The notes beneath the pieces are model-generated. The model ran no database searches, was not told the DNA's origin, and was given only the letters and a program-made list of their open reading frames with translations. 64,000 nt of DNA from Deltaproteobacteria bacterium (lineage in GTDB: Bacteria; Bdellovibrionota; JAJCYS01). The number at the start of each line of letters is the position of its first letter. The stretch's first letter is position 1. The stretch lies in contig JAJCYS010000038.1 in NCBI GenBank assembly GCA_029262815.1, forward strand, positions 15,182-79,181, written 5' to 3'. A program made the position numbers and the translations under genes. This document shows, piece after piece, positions 29,605 through 39,782 of the stretch.

Positions 29605-31929
29605 ATGAGATTTCTGAATGTTTTAACTGTACTTTTTTTTATCGGCACGGCAATTGAATTTGAATCATGCAATCCGGCGCCCCCAGCGGACAACAATGTA
29701 GCTGCAGCTCCTGGAGTCGACGATTCAGTTGTTGACATAGAAACTCTAGGTGGTGGCGGAGGCGGTTCCGATAATCCGGATGACACAACTACGGTTTGCC
29801 AGGAAGGAGACATAGATGACAAAGTTGCTGCGGGCACTACAGCTCTATTGTCTGGTGAAGTCGACACAGGTGCGACACCTATAGTCGTTGTATGGCCAAC
29901 TAATGGAGATTCCTGGCTCAGCGGGTTTGAGACAAATACAGACCCTGGAATTCTATTCGATAGTGTAGATTTAACCGGTACATTTGGTGAACTGGGCGCT
30001 ACTGGCGGTACCGGGGACGATACGGATGCTAACTTTTTACTTCAAAATGGCTCTGACGACGTATTCTATCTTGAGGTTACAGGCCGTTTTTCGTCTGCTG
30101 TAGGGGACTACGAAGACGCAGCCCTATCTGCTGATGCAGATTTTATCGGAACTGTGCTTGATGGTACTGGAGATTTAAGTACCTGTTTTGAATATCCGAT
30201 TACAGATGGCACAACACCCAGCTTAACTAACCTAAATGGGGCAAATGATCATTGTAGCGACATCGTAGCCTCAGGGCCACCGACCGGTACTCGAGTTTGG
30301 TACGTAACGGTTGTCGATGATGTGTCAGCAACTTCCGGCACAGCTGCACGAAAACAAGTCGGCACATGTACGGGGGGAGCAGTATGTGTTTCTTTGACCT
30401 CTGAATCAGGTTTCAATTCTGAAGTAGAGGACGTCAATCAAGAAGGCACTTTTGTATTTGTTCGAAACGGCGATGGCACAGCTGCAGCACCCCTCACTGG
30501 CAATCAGTCCATCTATCGATTCACGGTTGCGTCACCTACAACCGCACCTGTCCGGCTCACAGACGGCACTCAAGGTGCTTGTACAGCTGCAAGATTATTC
30601 GGAGATTCGGCCGCCAGCTCTGCTGGTACTGTCCTCTTGACCGCATGTGGTGGCGATGTCTGGGGCATCACTGACCCCTTTGGTACAACACCCGGTTCAC
30701 CGATTTTGTTATTCGATCACGCCACGGTGGACATTGATGTTCTTGTAGGAAGTCCTATGGAATCAGACAAAACGGGACGAGGTTTCACACGTGTTGCCAT
30801 TCCGTCTATGACAACGCCTACAAAAAAATCTGTCATAGCCACCAATACCCCTGTTGGCCTGAATTGTAATGCCGGTGGTAGCGGCACAGCTGCCTTGTCT
30901 TCATTCAGCTTCCTTTGGAATCTGGGCACCGCGACCTCTGGTTTTTCAAGCCTACTCAGACTTGTCAGTGGCTATAATCTGGGTAATGTACGCGATAGTC
31001 ATCTGGGAAAAGATGCAAACGGGGATTTTATTCGATTTGTAGTGTACGATAGCGACCCACAACGTGTGTACGCTTACTTTATCGGAGACAATATTGGCTT
31101 TCCGTTTGTAGCAGTTCGAACCAGGAGTGATACGGACACCTTCCTTGGCATGCATGTCACCAAAGACTTTATTTATGTTTTAGCGAGCAACATGAAAGTG
31201 TACCGCCGATCCAACACAGCAAAATGGGGAACACTGGGAAAAATTGAAAATGAAGTCGATGACTGGACACTCGTCACAACCATGCCAATGGGCACAAAAT
31301 CAATTGTCGTAGACGATTCCGTAGCAGGCGCACTTGATATCTTTTACGATGGCGATAGCCTAATTGATTCAAATAGAGCTTTTCTAAAACAAGGGTATAC
31401 CGTCGCTGGCACGACGTTCACACCTGTCGGCGTGCCGATCGAAAAATATAATTCTGGCTCATCATCAAATACATTACACGTTGATGATCTAACAAAAGTG
31501 GGTTCTCGTAGAAGCCTTTTTGGCCGCGATGACAATGGTAGTATTGTTAAGCCTATCATTGCTGATGTGCTTGATCCCACAAAATCTGTGGGGGACATGA
31601 GTTCCTTTGCCGGACTATCCTCGTGCCCCGCTGGGACGATGCGTGAACTCGTAGCGACGACCGACCCTGCATACAAAAAACTTGGCGGCCCAGATCCATC
31701 ATCTGGCACGTTCACATTTCACGCAACTGTTCTGGCTCCCTGCGGAGGCATTGACGAAGTCTGGGGCATCAATACCTTTGATAGAGTTTCTACATTTACA
31801 TCGACCGACCCCACTAGTCACAACAATTTTGGCACCACACCTGCAGGATGTAAGATTAATGGCCTTGAAATTCCAGAACCCGTAACTGCTGCAACTAAAA
31901 TAGATTGCCCACCCTTTGATACGCCATAA
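29605..31929 (+). CDS. large secreted Gly/Thr/Asp-rich protein, unknown function
   Basis: Start at ATG 29605 (MRFLNVLTVLFFIGTAIEF, signal peptide) preceded by GGGGGAAAG. 774 aa with no recognised catalytic motif; Gly-run GGGGGG near N-terminus. Confidence 0.6.
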   Translation: MRFLNVLTVLFFIGTAIEFESCNPAPPADNNVAAAPGVDDSVVDIETLGGGGGGSDNPDDTTTVCQEGDIDDKVAAGTTALLSGEVDTGATPIVVVWPTNGDSWLSGFETNTDPGILFDSVDLTGTFGELGATGGTGDDTDANFLLQNGSDDVFYLEVTGRFSSAVGDYEDAALSADADFIGTVLDGTGDLSTCFEYPITDGTTPSLTNLNGANDHCSDIVASGPPTGTRVWYVTVVDDVSATSGTAARKQVGTCTGGAVCVSLTSESGFNSEVEDVNQEGTFVFVRNGDGTAAAPLTGNQSIYRFTVASPTTAPVRLTDGTQGACTAARLFGDSAASSAGTVLLTACGGDVWGITDPFGTTPGSPILLFDHATVDIDVLVGSPMESDKTGRGFTRVAIPSMTTPTKKSVIATNTPVGLNCNAGGSGTAALSSFSFLWNLGTATSGFSSLLRLVSGYNLGNVRDSHLGKDANGDFIRFVVYDSDPQRVYAYFIGDNIGFPFVAVRTRSDTDTFLGMHVTKDFIYVLASNMKVYRRSNTAKWGTLGKIENEVDDWTLVTTMPMGTKSIVVDDSVAGALDIFYDGDSLIDSNRAFLKQGYTVAGTTFTPVGVPIEKYNSGSSSNTLHVDDLTKVGSRRSLFGRDDNGSIVKPIIADVLDPTKSVGDMSSFAGLSSCPAGTMRELVATTDPAYKKLGGPDPSSGTFTFHATVLAPCGGIDEVWGINTFDRVSTFTSTDPTSHNNFGTTPAGCKINGLEIPEPVTAATKIDCPPFDTP

Positions 31930-31950
31930 AACAAAGGCCTTGTTCTATTA

Positions 31951-31983
31951 CCCGGTGCGGAGTTCAATCCGCACCGGGTTTTT
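31951..31983 (+). terminator. intrinsic terminator (11-bp stem CCCGGTGCGGA / TCCGCACCGGG, loop GTTCAA, T5)
   Basis: Perfect inverted repeat followed by TTTTT; T-tract overlaps stop of convergent gene. Confidence 0.65.
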
Positions 31984-33131
31984 CACAGTCCAGAGCCTGC
32001 ACACCCTGACCAATACCGAATATACAGATCAACGACGTCTTCGCCAAATTGATGACTCATATTCTCTCGCACTCTAAAAATTTGTGAAACACCTAATTGG
32101 AAACCAGTCCCACTCTCTAAAGTCAATTCGTCAAATTGGCTGATCAGTTTTGGCGATCCATGTGTGTTCATTCGATCAATATCCTCAAGTATCACACTTA
32201 ACCACATATCTGATCCCACAAAATCACGTAACCCGTATCCTTCCTCTACCTCAAGCATAAATGGGACTAACAACAGTCGTTCCAACGCAGCAAGCGTAAC
32301 CATATCATCAACAGAAACCTGTTTTTTGAGGTGCTCTAGAAAAAGGGCCTCGTACATTCCTTTCCTTTGAAATTTTTCTTTATGCAACAATTCGACCAAG
32401 TAGCCTCCCGATACGAGTAGCATCGTAGAAGCAAAGCCTTTGTTGATTTCAATAAAATCTTGCAATATAAATTGCTTGATACTGATATCTGAAAATGGAT
32501 AGGCCAGTACTTTTGCTTTTAGGGGGTCCAAGTAAAACGAACGATAGTCTTTGTATATAAGACCTTCCTCTTCTTCAACCCGTTCAATCCAAGACCGTAA
32601 CTTATGATTTATGACCGTTGCTTTTGTACGTTTTAGATCAAGAGTCTCTTCTATCAGAGCGGCCTTAGGTAAATAAAATTCCATGCGTTCAAAGACCCCG
32701 TATAAATCCGTCAATGCATCTGCACGCACATAGATCAATCGTGCAATGGTTTGCAAATCTGCATCTCTCACGATCTTCGCTGCATTCAACTCGATCAACA
32801 TCTGAGCTTGTATATGTGCATCCATTAATTCCACCAGATGAAACTGAAACAGATCTACAGGTGTGATTTCGAACACTTGGTTTAATTTTTGAAATTCAGA
32901 AATTGTCAAAGGCCTGTTTTGCTCAGCAGCATCCATCAGCCCTTTCGCGGCTTGAAACTGTTTGATGGGAACAACTGCACCCAAATTTTCTGGATTAGAT
33001 TGAATTGTGCGAACGACTTCATCCAACCAACCGGTATCCCCAAATCCTACTTGGGCTGTCAACAGTAATACGACGAACAACACGACTCGACTCATCCTTT
33101 GCACATACCAATAGAGCCCCCCTTCTGTCAA
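31983..33131 (-). CDS. secreted hypothetical protein (alpha-helical by composition)
   Basis: 382 aa; probable start at MSRVVLFVVLLLTAQ signal peptide; no motif recognised. Confidence 0.55.
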   Translation of the reverse strand: MTEGGLYWYVQRMSRVVLFVVLLLTAQVGFGDTGWLDEVVRTIQSNPENLGAVVPIKQFQAAKGLMDAAEQNRPLTISEFQKLNQVFEITPVDLFQFHLVELMDAHIQAQMLIELNAAKIVRDADLQTIARLIYVRADALTDLYGVFERMEFYLPKAALIEETLDLKRTKATVINHKLRSWIERVEEEEGLIYKDYRSFYLDPLKAKVLAYPFSDISIKQFILQDFIEINKGFASTMLLVSGGYLVELLHKEKFQRKGMYEALFLEHLKKQVSVDDMVTLAALERLLLVPFMLEVEEGYGLRDFVGSDMWLSVILEDIDRMNTHGSPKLISQFDELTLESGTGFQLGVSQIFRVRENMSHQFGEDVVDLYIRYWSGCAGSGL

Positions 33132-33252
33132 GTATTTGCATTACCAAATCATCGCGAGCACAGTAGCAGGATGCGTAAGTCACATGATCGTTGAGTCTCT
33201 TTCCGTCTGGTCTAACTTGCAATCTATACTCAATTACTTTACCGTGATCTGA

Positions 33253-34290
33253 ATGTTGCTCGTATCTAATAAACAATCTCTTGTCTTACTTTTACTTTTT
33301 CTCAGCCCGTTAATGCTCAAAGCAGACCATCCAGAAAATTCAAGAACCTCAAATGATTCGGACACCCGAAAAGCCTGTAGTCTCAGTTACACCCTCTCAA
33401 AAATGCAACACCACAACCAAGCACCTTTCGAACACCCCACACGCCTTGAAATTGAAACCTGGAGTGAACGCTTACTCCCCGGGTTGTTGCAAGCTAAAAG
33501 CTACACACATTGGCCGGTTTCGACGCGAGTAGATCCTTGGGCCACTCTTTCCAAAATGGGTGAAGGCAATTGCGGGGATTGCGTTACGTACATGTTCGAT
33601 AGCATGACGCATCTTTTTGGCAACTCAAACGTATCCGTCGTCACAAATGGCTCACAACTGATCGGAAATTATCATCTAGGGGGCGGACATACGTTCTTTG
33701 CGGTTCAGTCATTCCAAAACAAACAGAAGTCCGACAGACTAATCGTCGATTATTCTTGGACCCAATGGTTCGCTCATCAAAATCAAAAACGAAATACCCT
33801 TCCACCGAACATCAAAGACGACCTCCCGTTAATCTTCGTGGGTACCTATGATGAACTGAAAAGTACTTTTGATACCCATCGAGAATGGCTACGTTACTCT
33901 TTTGATGATGCCTCGCTACTCACCTATGACGAGGTTTTATTCTTGCTGTACGACATCGATACGCTCGGCAACATTCGAAAGCGCGCAAAAATGCAATTAG
34001 ATGCTATTCAACGAAATGCGAATGTTCAGTTTGAAGCTATGACTCAAAAGAAAAAAACAATTGAAAGCTGCAGCAATCGAGAAATTTGGTCGGCTCTTAT
34101 TGAACTCAGTAGCCAAAAGAAAGTTGCTGTTGAAGTGAGTTACCGTCTTATCAGCGTCTTTGAGACACAAACACTCAAAGGGATTTTGACCCAACCGGAT
34201 CCCATGCAATGCGACCGGTTCGAAATAAATGGAAAAACATTCGAAGCGAATGACTTCGACAGCATTCGAGTCATCTCAGATCAAGAATAA
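33253..34290 (+). CDS. secreted hypothetical protein with Cys/His motif (possible papain/transglutaminase-like fold)
   Basis: Signal peptide; GEGNCGDCVTYMFD followed by HLGGGHTFF. Fold assignment is speculative. Confidence 0.5.
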   Translation: MLLVSNKQSLVLLLLFLSPLMLKADHPENSRTSNDSDTRKACSLSYTLSKMQHHNQAPFEHPTRLEIETWSERLLPGLLQAKSYTHWPVSTRVDPWATLSKMGEGNCGDCVTYMFDSMTHLFGNSNVSVVTNGSQLIGNYHLGGGHTFFAVQSFQNKQKSDRLIVDYSWTQWFAHQNQKRNTLPPNIKDDLPLIFVGTYDELKSTFDTHREWLRYSFDDASLLTYDEVLFLLYDIDTLGNIRKRAKMQLDAIQRNANVQFEAMTQKKKTIESCSNREIWSALIELSSQKKVAVEVSYRLISVFETQTLKGILTQPDPMQCDRFEINGKTFEANDFDSIRVISDQE

Positions 34291-34467
34291 GAGAATCACG
34301 CAGCCATCGGTTGATAGCTGCGTGAAACAGCCTCTCCATTCCCAGTAGGTTCCACTCCCAATTAGGGGTTATATCAAAAAATAATTTTTGACGCCATAAG
34401 AGAATGATAATCTAGGATTTGTTCTATTTAGGGGGAAATCATTAAGCGCTTACCCAATTGGGGTTAT

Positions 34468-36024
34468 TTGCCATGTATGGCCATATTATCAGCGACTATA
34501 GGCTGTTTATCAACGCCCCCTTTTTCGCTTGTACCACTGGTCTATCTCTACTTGATCCCTGTATTTATAGTGCTACACAACGGTGCCATTTCAACACGCC
34601 AGAAGATACTCTTTATCTTGTTTCACAGCTGGCTTATCGGCATTTCGAACCACCACTGGCTCTACTATGCCATTCATGAATTTGGCGGCATCGACAAACC
34701 CCTAGCCGTTCTATTAACGTGTGCTGTTAGCGCTGTCACCAATCTTGAATATGTCTTTGCGGGCCTCGCTGCAATTTTTACTTTGCGACGCTACCCGGCT
34801 ACTAGCTTGGCCGTTTATGGCATCGTGCATGTGGTATGTTTTTATTTTCCAGCGCTCAAGCTTTTCCCTTGGACCACAGGGTGCGTGCAAATCCTGTCAC
34901 CGATCATAGCGCCTGCGTATTATGTCTTAGGCCAAGCGGGCATGATGGGTGTAGTCTTATTTCTCAATACAGTATTGTATTATGCTTGGAGGCTTTACTG
35001 TTCAGGGATTAAAAATTATCGAATTTTTCTTGCACGTGATTTGGGTGCATGCATTTTATTTGTAGCGCTTTGTATCGGCTTCAAATGTTATCTCGACCAT
35101 CATAAGACAGACATGCAGTCTCAAAAAATACGGTTTCTCGTCGTTCAAGCCAACGTGATGAATTTCATGAAACAACAAGCTAAGGTTGGCCATTACCCAA
35201 CCATTCGAAAGACCATCAAAATATATATCCGAAAAACGAACCAGGCATTGAAGAACCTGGCTATCCCACCATCCAAAGAAAGCCCAGTTGTTGTCATTTG
35301 GCCTGAATCCGCTTACCCCTTAAGTTTCCCCACCCCTATCAGCTGGAAATCACGACGCATGAACCCGTACCTCAGTAACTGGATGAACCAACATGAATTT
35401 GTGCACTTTATCTTTGGAGCCACAAGTCACAATGCTGTTTGGTTCAATAATCATCAGGTGAAAGGCATCTACAAAAAGATACATCTACTGCCGTTTGGTG
35501 AATACATGCCTTATAAAAAACATATGCCAGCTTGGGTACTCAAACTGTGGGCTCAAAATCGCAACCCCACTCCGGGAACTGAATGGGCGGCATGGCCACT
35601 CACCGACACCCTAACACTAGTACCCACAATTTGTTACGATGCCTTATTCCCACAAGCAAGCCATTTTGCAATCCAAAATCACGCACACTTGTTTCTTAAT
35701 TTAACAAAAGATGGTTGGTTTGTTGTCCGTCGTGCCCAAGAGCTCCATCTCATGATGGCTCGAATTCGATCTGCCTCAACAGGCATCCCTATGCTTCGAT
35801 CTACAAACACCGGAATCACCGCATGGATAAACAGTAATGGACAAATTGAAGAACAGCTGCCGATTAACCAGATGAAAACATTATCCCTAGAAAAACAGTT
35901 CCCTCGATCTCAAACCCCACGATACTGGTTCTGGATTCAAAATCTTATTAGTTGGTTGTTTTTAATTGTTTGGTTTTGGCGATGTAGGAATTGGCACCAA
36001 CATGCACTGACAGGTAGCGTTTAA
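34468..36024 (+). CDS. lnt: apolipoprotein N-acyltransferase
   Basis: N-terminal multi-TM region; C-terminal CN-hydrolase domain with VVIWPESA and ICYDALFP (catalytic Glu and Cys blocks). Confidence 0.8.
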   Translation: MPCMAILSATIGCLSTPPFSLVPLVYLYLIPVFIVLHNGAISTRQKILFILFHSWLIGISNHHWLYYAIHEFGGIDKPLAVLLTCAVSAVTNLEYVFAGLAAIFTLRRYPATSLAVYGIVHVVCFYFPALKLFPWTTGCVQILSPIIAPAYYVLGQAGMMGVVLFLNTVLYYAWRLYCSGIKNYRIFLARDLGACILFVALCIGFKCYLDHHKTDMQSQKIRFLVVQANVMNFMKQQAKVGHYPTIRKTIKIYIRKTNQALKNLAIPPSKESPVVVIWPESAYPLSFPTPISWKSRRMNPYLSNWMNQHEFVHFIFGATSHNAVWFNNHQVKGIYKKIHLLPFGEYMPYKKHMPAWVLKLWAQNRNPTPGTEWAAWPLTDTLTLVPTICYDALFPQASHFAIQNHAHLFLNLTKDGWFVVRRAQELHLMMARIRSASTGIPMLRSTNTGITAWINSNGQIEEQLPINQMKTLSLEKQFPRSQTPRYWFWIQNLISWLFLIVWFWRCRNWHQHALTGSV

Positions 36025-37250
36025 AATATCCCTAAAAAATGCCCGCCTTCGACACCCAATAACAAAATCGAAGCAATGCATCCAAGCACAGGCAACACTA
36101 GGGTTGAATTGGGCATTTTCTTTTTCAACGCCAGTTTAATCAACGACAGATTTACAAATACGAAAATACATAAAATGACGAAGCTTGTCGCTTTTGCCAA
36201 CGTCACGATCGGAAAAAAAGCAGCGGAACCAAAAATCAAAATCGACACACCCACAGTCGCCCATATTGGGGTCTGAAATTTCGTGTGCACTTTGCTCAAA
36301 AAAGAGAGAGCGTACCCTTGACAGGCTAGTCCATAGATCACGCGCGAAGCCATGATAATTTGAATCAGAGCGCCGTTAATAACAGCCACTAAACTAATTA
36401 ATGCAATAAGCTTGGGTGACCCGAAGCCCGCTTTTTGGATCACAAGCGACAAAGGTGCCGTAGTGTATTTAAGCTCATCAGGACTGAGTATCGAAACCGT
36501 AATCCAAGAAACGGCAACATAAAACAAAGAACCCAAAACCAACGCTATTCCAATCGCTTTTGGCATGGTGTACTTCACATCAATAACTTCTTCAGCCACA
36601 TTCACCATATCTTCAAATCCGATGAACGCATAAAAAGAAACAAATGCACCGAGTGCAATGCCCAAAAAACCCGGTTCGATTTTGGTTGCAACCTCAGCCA
36701 CAACTACGGAGTCGATACTCATCCACCCCACGCCCATCACCCACAATAGACCTGCGATTTCGATACAGGTGATCACAAACGCTAACATCACAGATTCAAA
36801 AATGCCCCAAACAGCAATCAAACCCAATATAAAAACAAGTACCGCGATCACTGCTAAATCGGGGACAGACAAGAACACCTGCAGATATCCCACAAACCCT
36901 TTAACGAGCGTCGCCGCTGAAACACACCCCGTAAACACCACCAACCATCCAATACTTTTAGATAGCCAAGGTTTTCGAAATGCTTCAAAAACATACACGG
37001 CTTCGCCAGCGCTTTTCGGATAGAGCACAGCCAATTTCGCATACGAATAAGCCGTCAACCCCGCAACGCCCCCAGCAACCAAAAATGAGATCGGTGCATA
37101 GGTCCCCGCGATAGCACCCACCTTCCCCACGAGCACATAAATCCCAGCACCTAATATGGTCCCCAATCCATAAAACGTAAGGAGTGGTAACGTCAGGGTT
37201 CGTTTTAAAGCGGGTTGTTTTTGCGACATATACACAATATTACGACACAA
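36021..37250 (-). CDS. APC-family amino acid permease
   Basis: 409 aa polytopic membrane protein; N-terminal FYGLGTILGAGIYVLVG typical of the APC superfamily. Confidence 0.8.
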   Translation of the reverse strand: MCRNIVYMSQKQPALKRTLTLPLLTFYGLGTILGAGIYVLVGKVGAIAGTYAPISFLVAGGVAGLTAYSYAKLAVLYPKSAGEAVYVFEAFRKPWLSKSIGWLVVFTGCVSAATLVKGFVGYLQVFLSVPDLAVIAVLVFILGLIAVWGIFESVMLAFVITCIEIAGLLWVMGVGWMSIDSVVVAEVATKIEPGFLGIALGAFVSFYAFIGFEDMVNVAEEVIDVKYTMPKAIGIALVLGSLFYVAVSWITVSILSPDELKYTTAPLSLVIQKAGFGSPKLIALISLVAVINGALIQIIMASRVIYGLACQGYALSFLSKVHTKFQTPIWATVGVSILIFGSAAFFPIVTLAKATSFVILCIFVFVNLSLIKLALKKKMPNSTLVLPVLGCIASILLLGVEGGHFLGIF

Positions 37251-37323
37251 GGTTAGACCATTAAAGTACTTGCTTCAAAAAAATTAATCGCGAATTAAAT
37301 CTTTATGTATAGAACAAGTTTTT

Positions 37324-37381
37324 GGATTCCCCTCGCAGACGCTCGCGACGGGGATGATAAAAAAAGACAGGAATGACAAGG
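37324..37381. repeat. family B palindromic element GGATTCCCCTCGCAGACGCTCGCGACGGGGATGATAAAAAAAGACAGGAATGACAAGG
   Basis: Shares GGATTCCC and GGAATGACA termini with 14177-14214. Confidence 0.6.
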
Positions 37382-37386
37382 AAAAG

Positions 37387-37665
37387 TTATTCAGGCCATT
37401 CTACGAGAAGTTCATTCTCAGCTAGATAACCCGTTTGCAATCGAATGACCCGCTCTCGATACCGTCTATCATGCTTGAAGATTTGGATGGTGTGCTGAAG
37501 TGCCTCAAGCTCTTGCTTAAGCAACACCAGCTCCTGATCAAATTTTTTCTTCTTTTGATACAAAGTCCAAAGTGTCTGCACACCCTTTGATTCAAAATAA
37601 GAAATAGTCCCTACAGCTGAGACCACGATTCCCACACACACACTATGTATTAAAAAACGTCTCAC
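37387..37665 (-). CDS. FtsB/DivIC-like small coiled-coil membrane protein
   Basis: 92 aa; N-terminal TM, central coiled coil, C-terminal RERVIRLQTGYLAENELLV resembling the FtsB C-terminal block. Confidence 0.5.
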   Translation of the reverse strand: MRRFLIHSVCVGIVVSAVGTISYFESKGVQTLWTLYQKKKKFDQELVLLKQELEALQHTIQIFKHDRRYRERVIRLQTGYLAENELLVEWPE

Positions 37666-38078
37666 CGCTTAGATGTTCGCTCCGTTGCAATACTAAATTT
37701 CGTTACCTTATTGCGTTGTAATATATCAAAAATCTTGACCACTATACCATGGGGGGTGGCTTTGTCCGCTTCGATTAATAATTGCTTCTCAGTCAAGCTC
37801 GGCATATTTTTGATCGTTGTTTCTAGCTCTTGAGCGGTAATCGGTTTTGATCGCCAATAAATTTGGCTTTTTTCATCAATCGAAATCACCAACGGCACAC
37901 TTTCCCCCGTTCCTTTTTGCATACTGGTCTTCGGCAGATCAATCTGGAGCGGGTTATGTTTGATGAATGTAGTAGACACCATAAAAAAGATTAACAATAA
38001 AAACACCACATCAATGAGCGGTGTCAAATCAATCGAAGGCACCTCTTCAGAAACCGATTGTTCATCAAATTTGATCAT
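37662..38078 (-). CDS. ExbD/TolR-family protein
   Basis: IDLTPLIDVVFLLLIFFMV canonical ExbD/TolR motif; 138 aa. Confidence 0.8.
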   Translation of the reverse strand: MIKFDEQSVSEEVPSIDLTPLIDVVFLLLIFFMVSTTFIKHNPLQIDLPKTSMQKGTGESVPLVISIDEKSQIYWRSKPITAQELETTIKNMPSLTEKQLLIEADKATPHGIVVKIFDILQRNKVTKFSIATERTSKR

Positions 38079-38700
38079 GTCGCTTCTCTAAGAACAGGGT
38101 TTCGTACACGTTATCTAACTCTGATTCAATCGCGGTCATAATCGTCAAAGATCGATTTCGAATCACTTTATGAGCCACAAATGTTGGAATCGCAACCAAC
38201 AATCCAGCGATCGTAGTCAACAAAGCTTCAGATATCCCCCCCGCTAAGTGGCTTGCATTTCCTAACCCATGGGTATTAATCGTCTGAAAGACATGCATCA
38301 TCCCAAGCACCGTACCCAACAACCCCAAAAGAGGTGCAATACTGGCAACCGTCGAAAGCATATCCACACCACGCATCAATTGCTTTTGGACCATCGTCAT
38401 CGGCCCACGCATCCTTTCAGCGGTTTCTTTGGATCCGTGTGATTGATACTCCAACATTTTTAACACGAGATAACTCACCGGACGGTTCGAATGTTTAAGA
38501 CGCCCGATCACTTCATTTGCCTGATCAGAACCTAAATGCTTCAACTCATTAAGCAACGACTTAGGCAAATGATACCCATTTCGTAAATACACCAAACGTT
38601 CCAAAAAAACGGCCAGTGAAACCACAGAAATTAACAAAATAACCCCAAGGACAGGCCCGCCTTGTTCGAATAACGCTACCCAATCAATTGTCATAATCAA
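38065..38700 (-). CDS. MotA/TolQ/ExbB-family proton channel
   Basis: 211 aa; IAPLLGLLGTVLGM block. Confidence 0.8.
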   Translation of the reverse strand: MIMTIDWVALFEQGGPVLGVILLISVVSLAVFLERLVYLRNGYHLPKSLLNELKHLGSDQANEVIGRLKHSNRPVSYLVLKMLEYQSHGSKETAERMRGPMTMVQKQLMRGVDMLSTVASIAPLLGLLGTVLGMMHVFQTINTHGLGNASHLAGGISEALLTTIAGLLVAIPTFVAHKVIRNRSLTIMTAIESELDNVYETLFLEKRHDQI

Positions 38701-38871
38701 AAATCCCCTTCCTCATCCATTGTATCAAAGCATCACAGCCTCAAATCAGGCAAATTCGCTATAACTCCCTTAATATATAAAGAAAATTCATTTTTTATGA
38801 GAAACTAGTGCCAGGCATCTCGAATAGGTCCTCTTGACAGAGGTTCGTATCGCAGGATAAAAAAGAGAACT

Positions 38872-39780
38872 ATGCATTTTTACTATGTATCAAGTACCTT
38901 AGAGCCGTCTCTGACGCCACCCAGTGTTCCCATCACCAGCCGCGCTTTTTTATTTGGCGACCACGTCTACGAATCTTTGCGAACTTATAATAAGGTGCCG
39001 TTCAGAACGCAGGACCATTACGACCGTATGCTCGAAGGGTTAACGTACCTCAAGCACATGGTCTATCCCAGTTATGAAACATTTTGCCTAGATCTGAAAA
39101 CCATCACGCAATACGCAAAAGAAACACTCAATATTAAAGAAGAGATCTATATCCGTGTCCATTTTGGCAGACTCTCAGATGCCCAAATTACTTTAGTCCC
39201 TGATGCACAGCTGAAACCGCTCTGGGTTTATATTTGCGCACCCTATAGTACGTATGCCGTACCCGAAAAATTCAGCCACCATGGCATCCGACTCGGCGTC
39301 AGCTCCTACAAACGACACCACCCAAGCGCCTTTTCCCCGAGCTTAAAAAGCGGCAATTACCTCAACAATGTGCTCGGTGCCGTGGAAGCCAATGAACGGG
39401 GATATGATGGCCCCTTATTTCTGAATCCCAAGAACGATGACTTATGCGAAGGCAGCAACTTCAATATCGCTTTTATGACAGATGACGGCACCCTTGTGTT
39501 CATGGACCCCAAACATCCTGCCGTGTATTTGGAAGGTGTCACCCAAGCCTGTTTTACACAAGGGCCTAAAGCCACTTCCCTCCCCTGGCGATATGAAAGT
39601 GTGACCCTGAATGACGTGAAACGTTTTCCGTATGCTTTTGCCCTATCCACAACCCGAACCCTTTCCTGGGTGTCTTGCATCGAAGACATTGCGTTCAAAA
39701 AACCACCCGTAAATTTGGTTGCTCCGTTTTTTAAACATTTTGAAACCTGCATCGAGAAGAACCCACCCTTGTTAAGTTAG
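38872..39780 (+). CDS. class IV aminotransferase-like protein (BCAT / D-aa aminotransferase / ADC lyase fold)
   Basis: RAFLFGDHVYESLR N-terminal block and KSGNYLNNVLGAVEANERGYD resembling class IV PLP enzymes; specific activity not assignable. Confidence 0.55.
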   Translation: MHFYYVSSTLEPSLTPPSVPITSRAFLFGDHVYESLRTYNKVPFRTQDHYDRMLEGLTYLKHMVYPSYETFCLDLKTITQYAKETLNIKEEIYIRVHFGRLSDAQITLVPDAQLKPLWVYICAPYSTYAVPEKFSHHGIRLGVSSYKRHHPSAFSPSLKSGNYLNNVLGAVEANERGYDGPLFLNPKNDDLCEGSNFNIAFMTDDGTLVFMDPKHPAVYLEGVTQACFTQGPKATSLPWRYESVTLNDVKRFPYAFALSTTRTLSWVSCIEDIAFKKPPVNLVAPFFKHFETCIEKNPPLLS

Positions 39781-39782
39781 CT

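Noticed and set aside
29571-31885. Multiple small ORFs on both strands inside the 29605-31929 gene
   Set aside because: They sit inside a long uninterrupted ORF that has a signal peptide; no independent start signals.
31951-31978. tRNA-like T-arm (GCGGAGTTCAATCCGC)
   Set aside because: It is part of a perfect 11-bp hairpin followed by T5 with no D-arm or anticodon arm upstream; interpreted as an intrinsic terminator.
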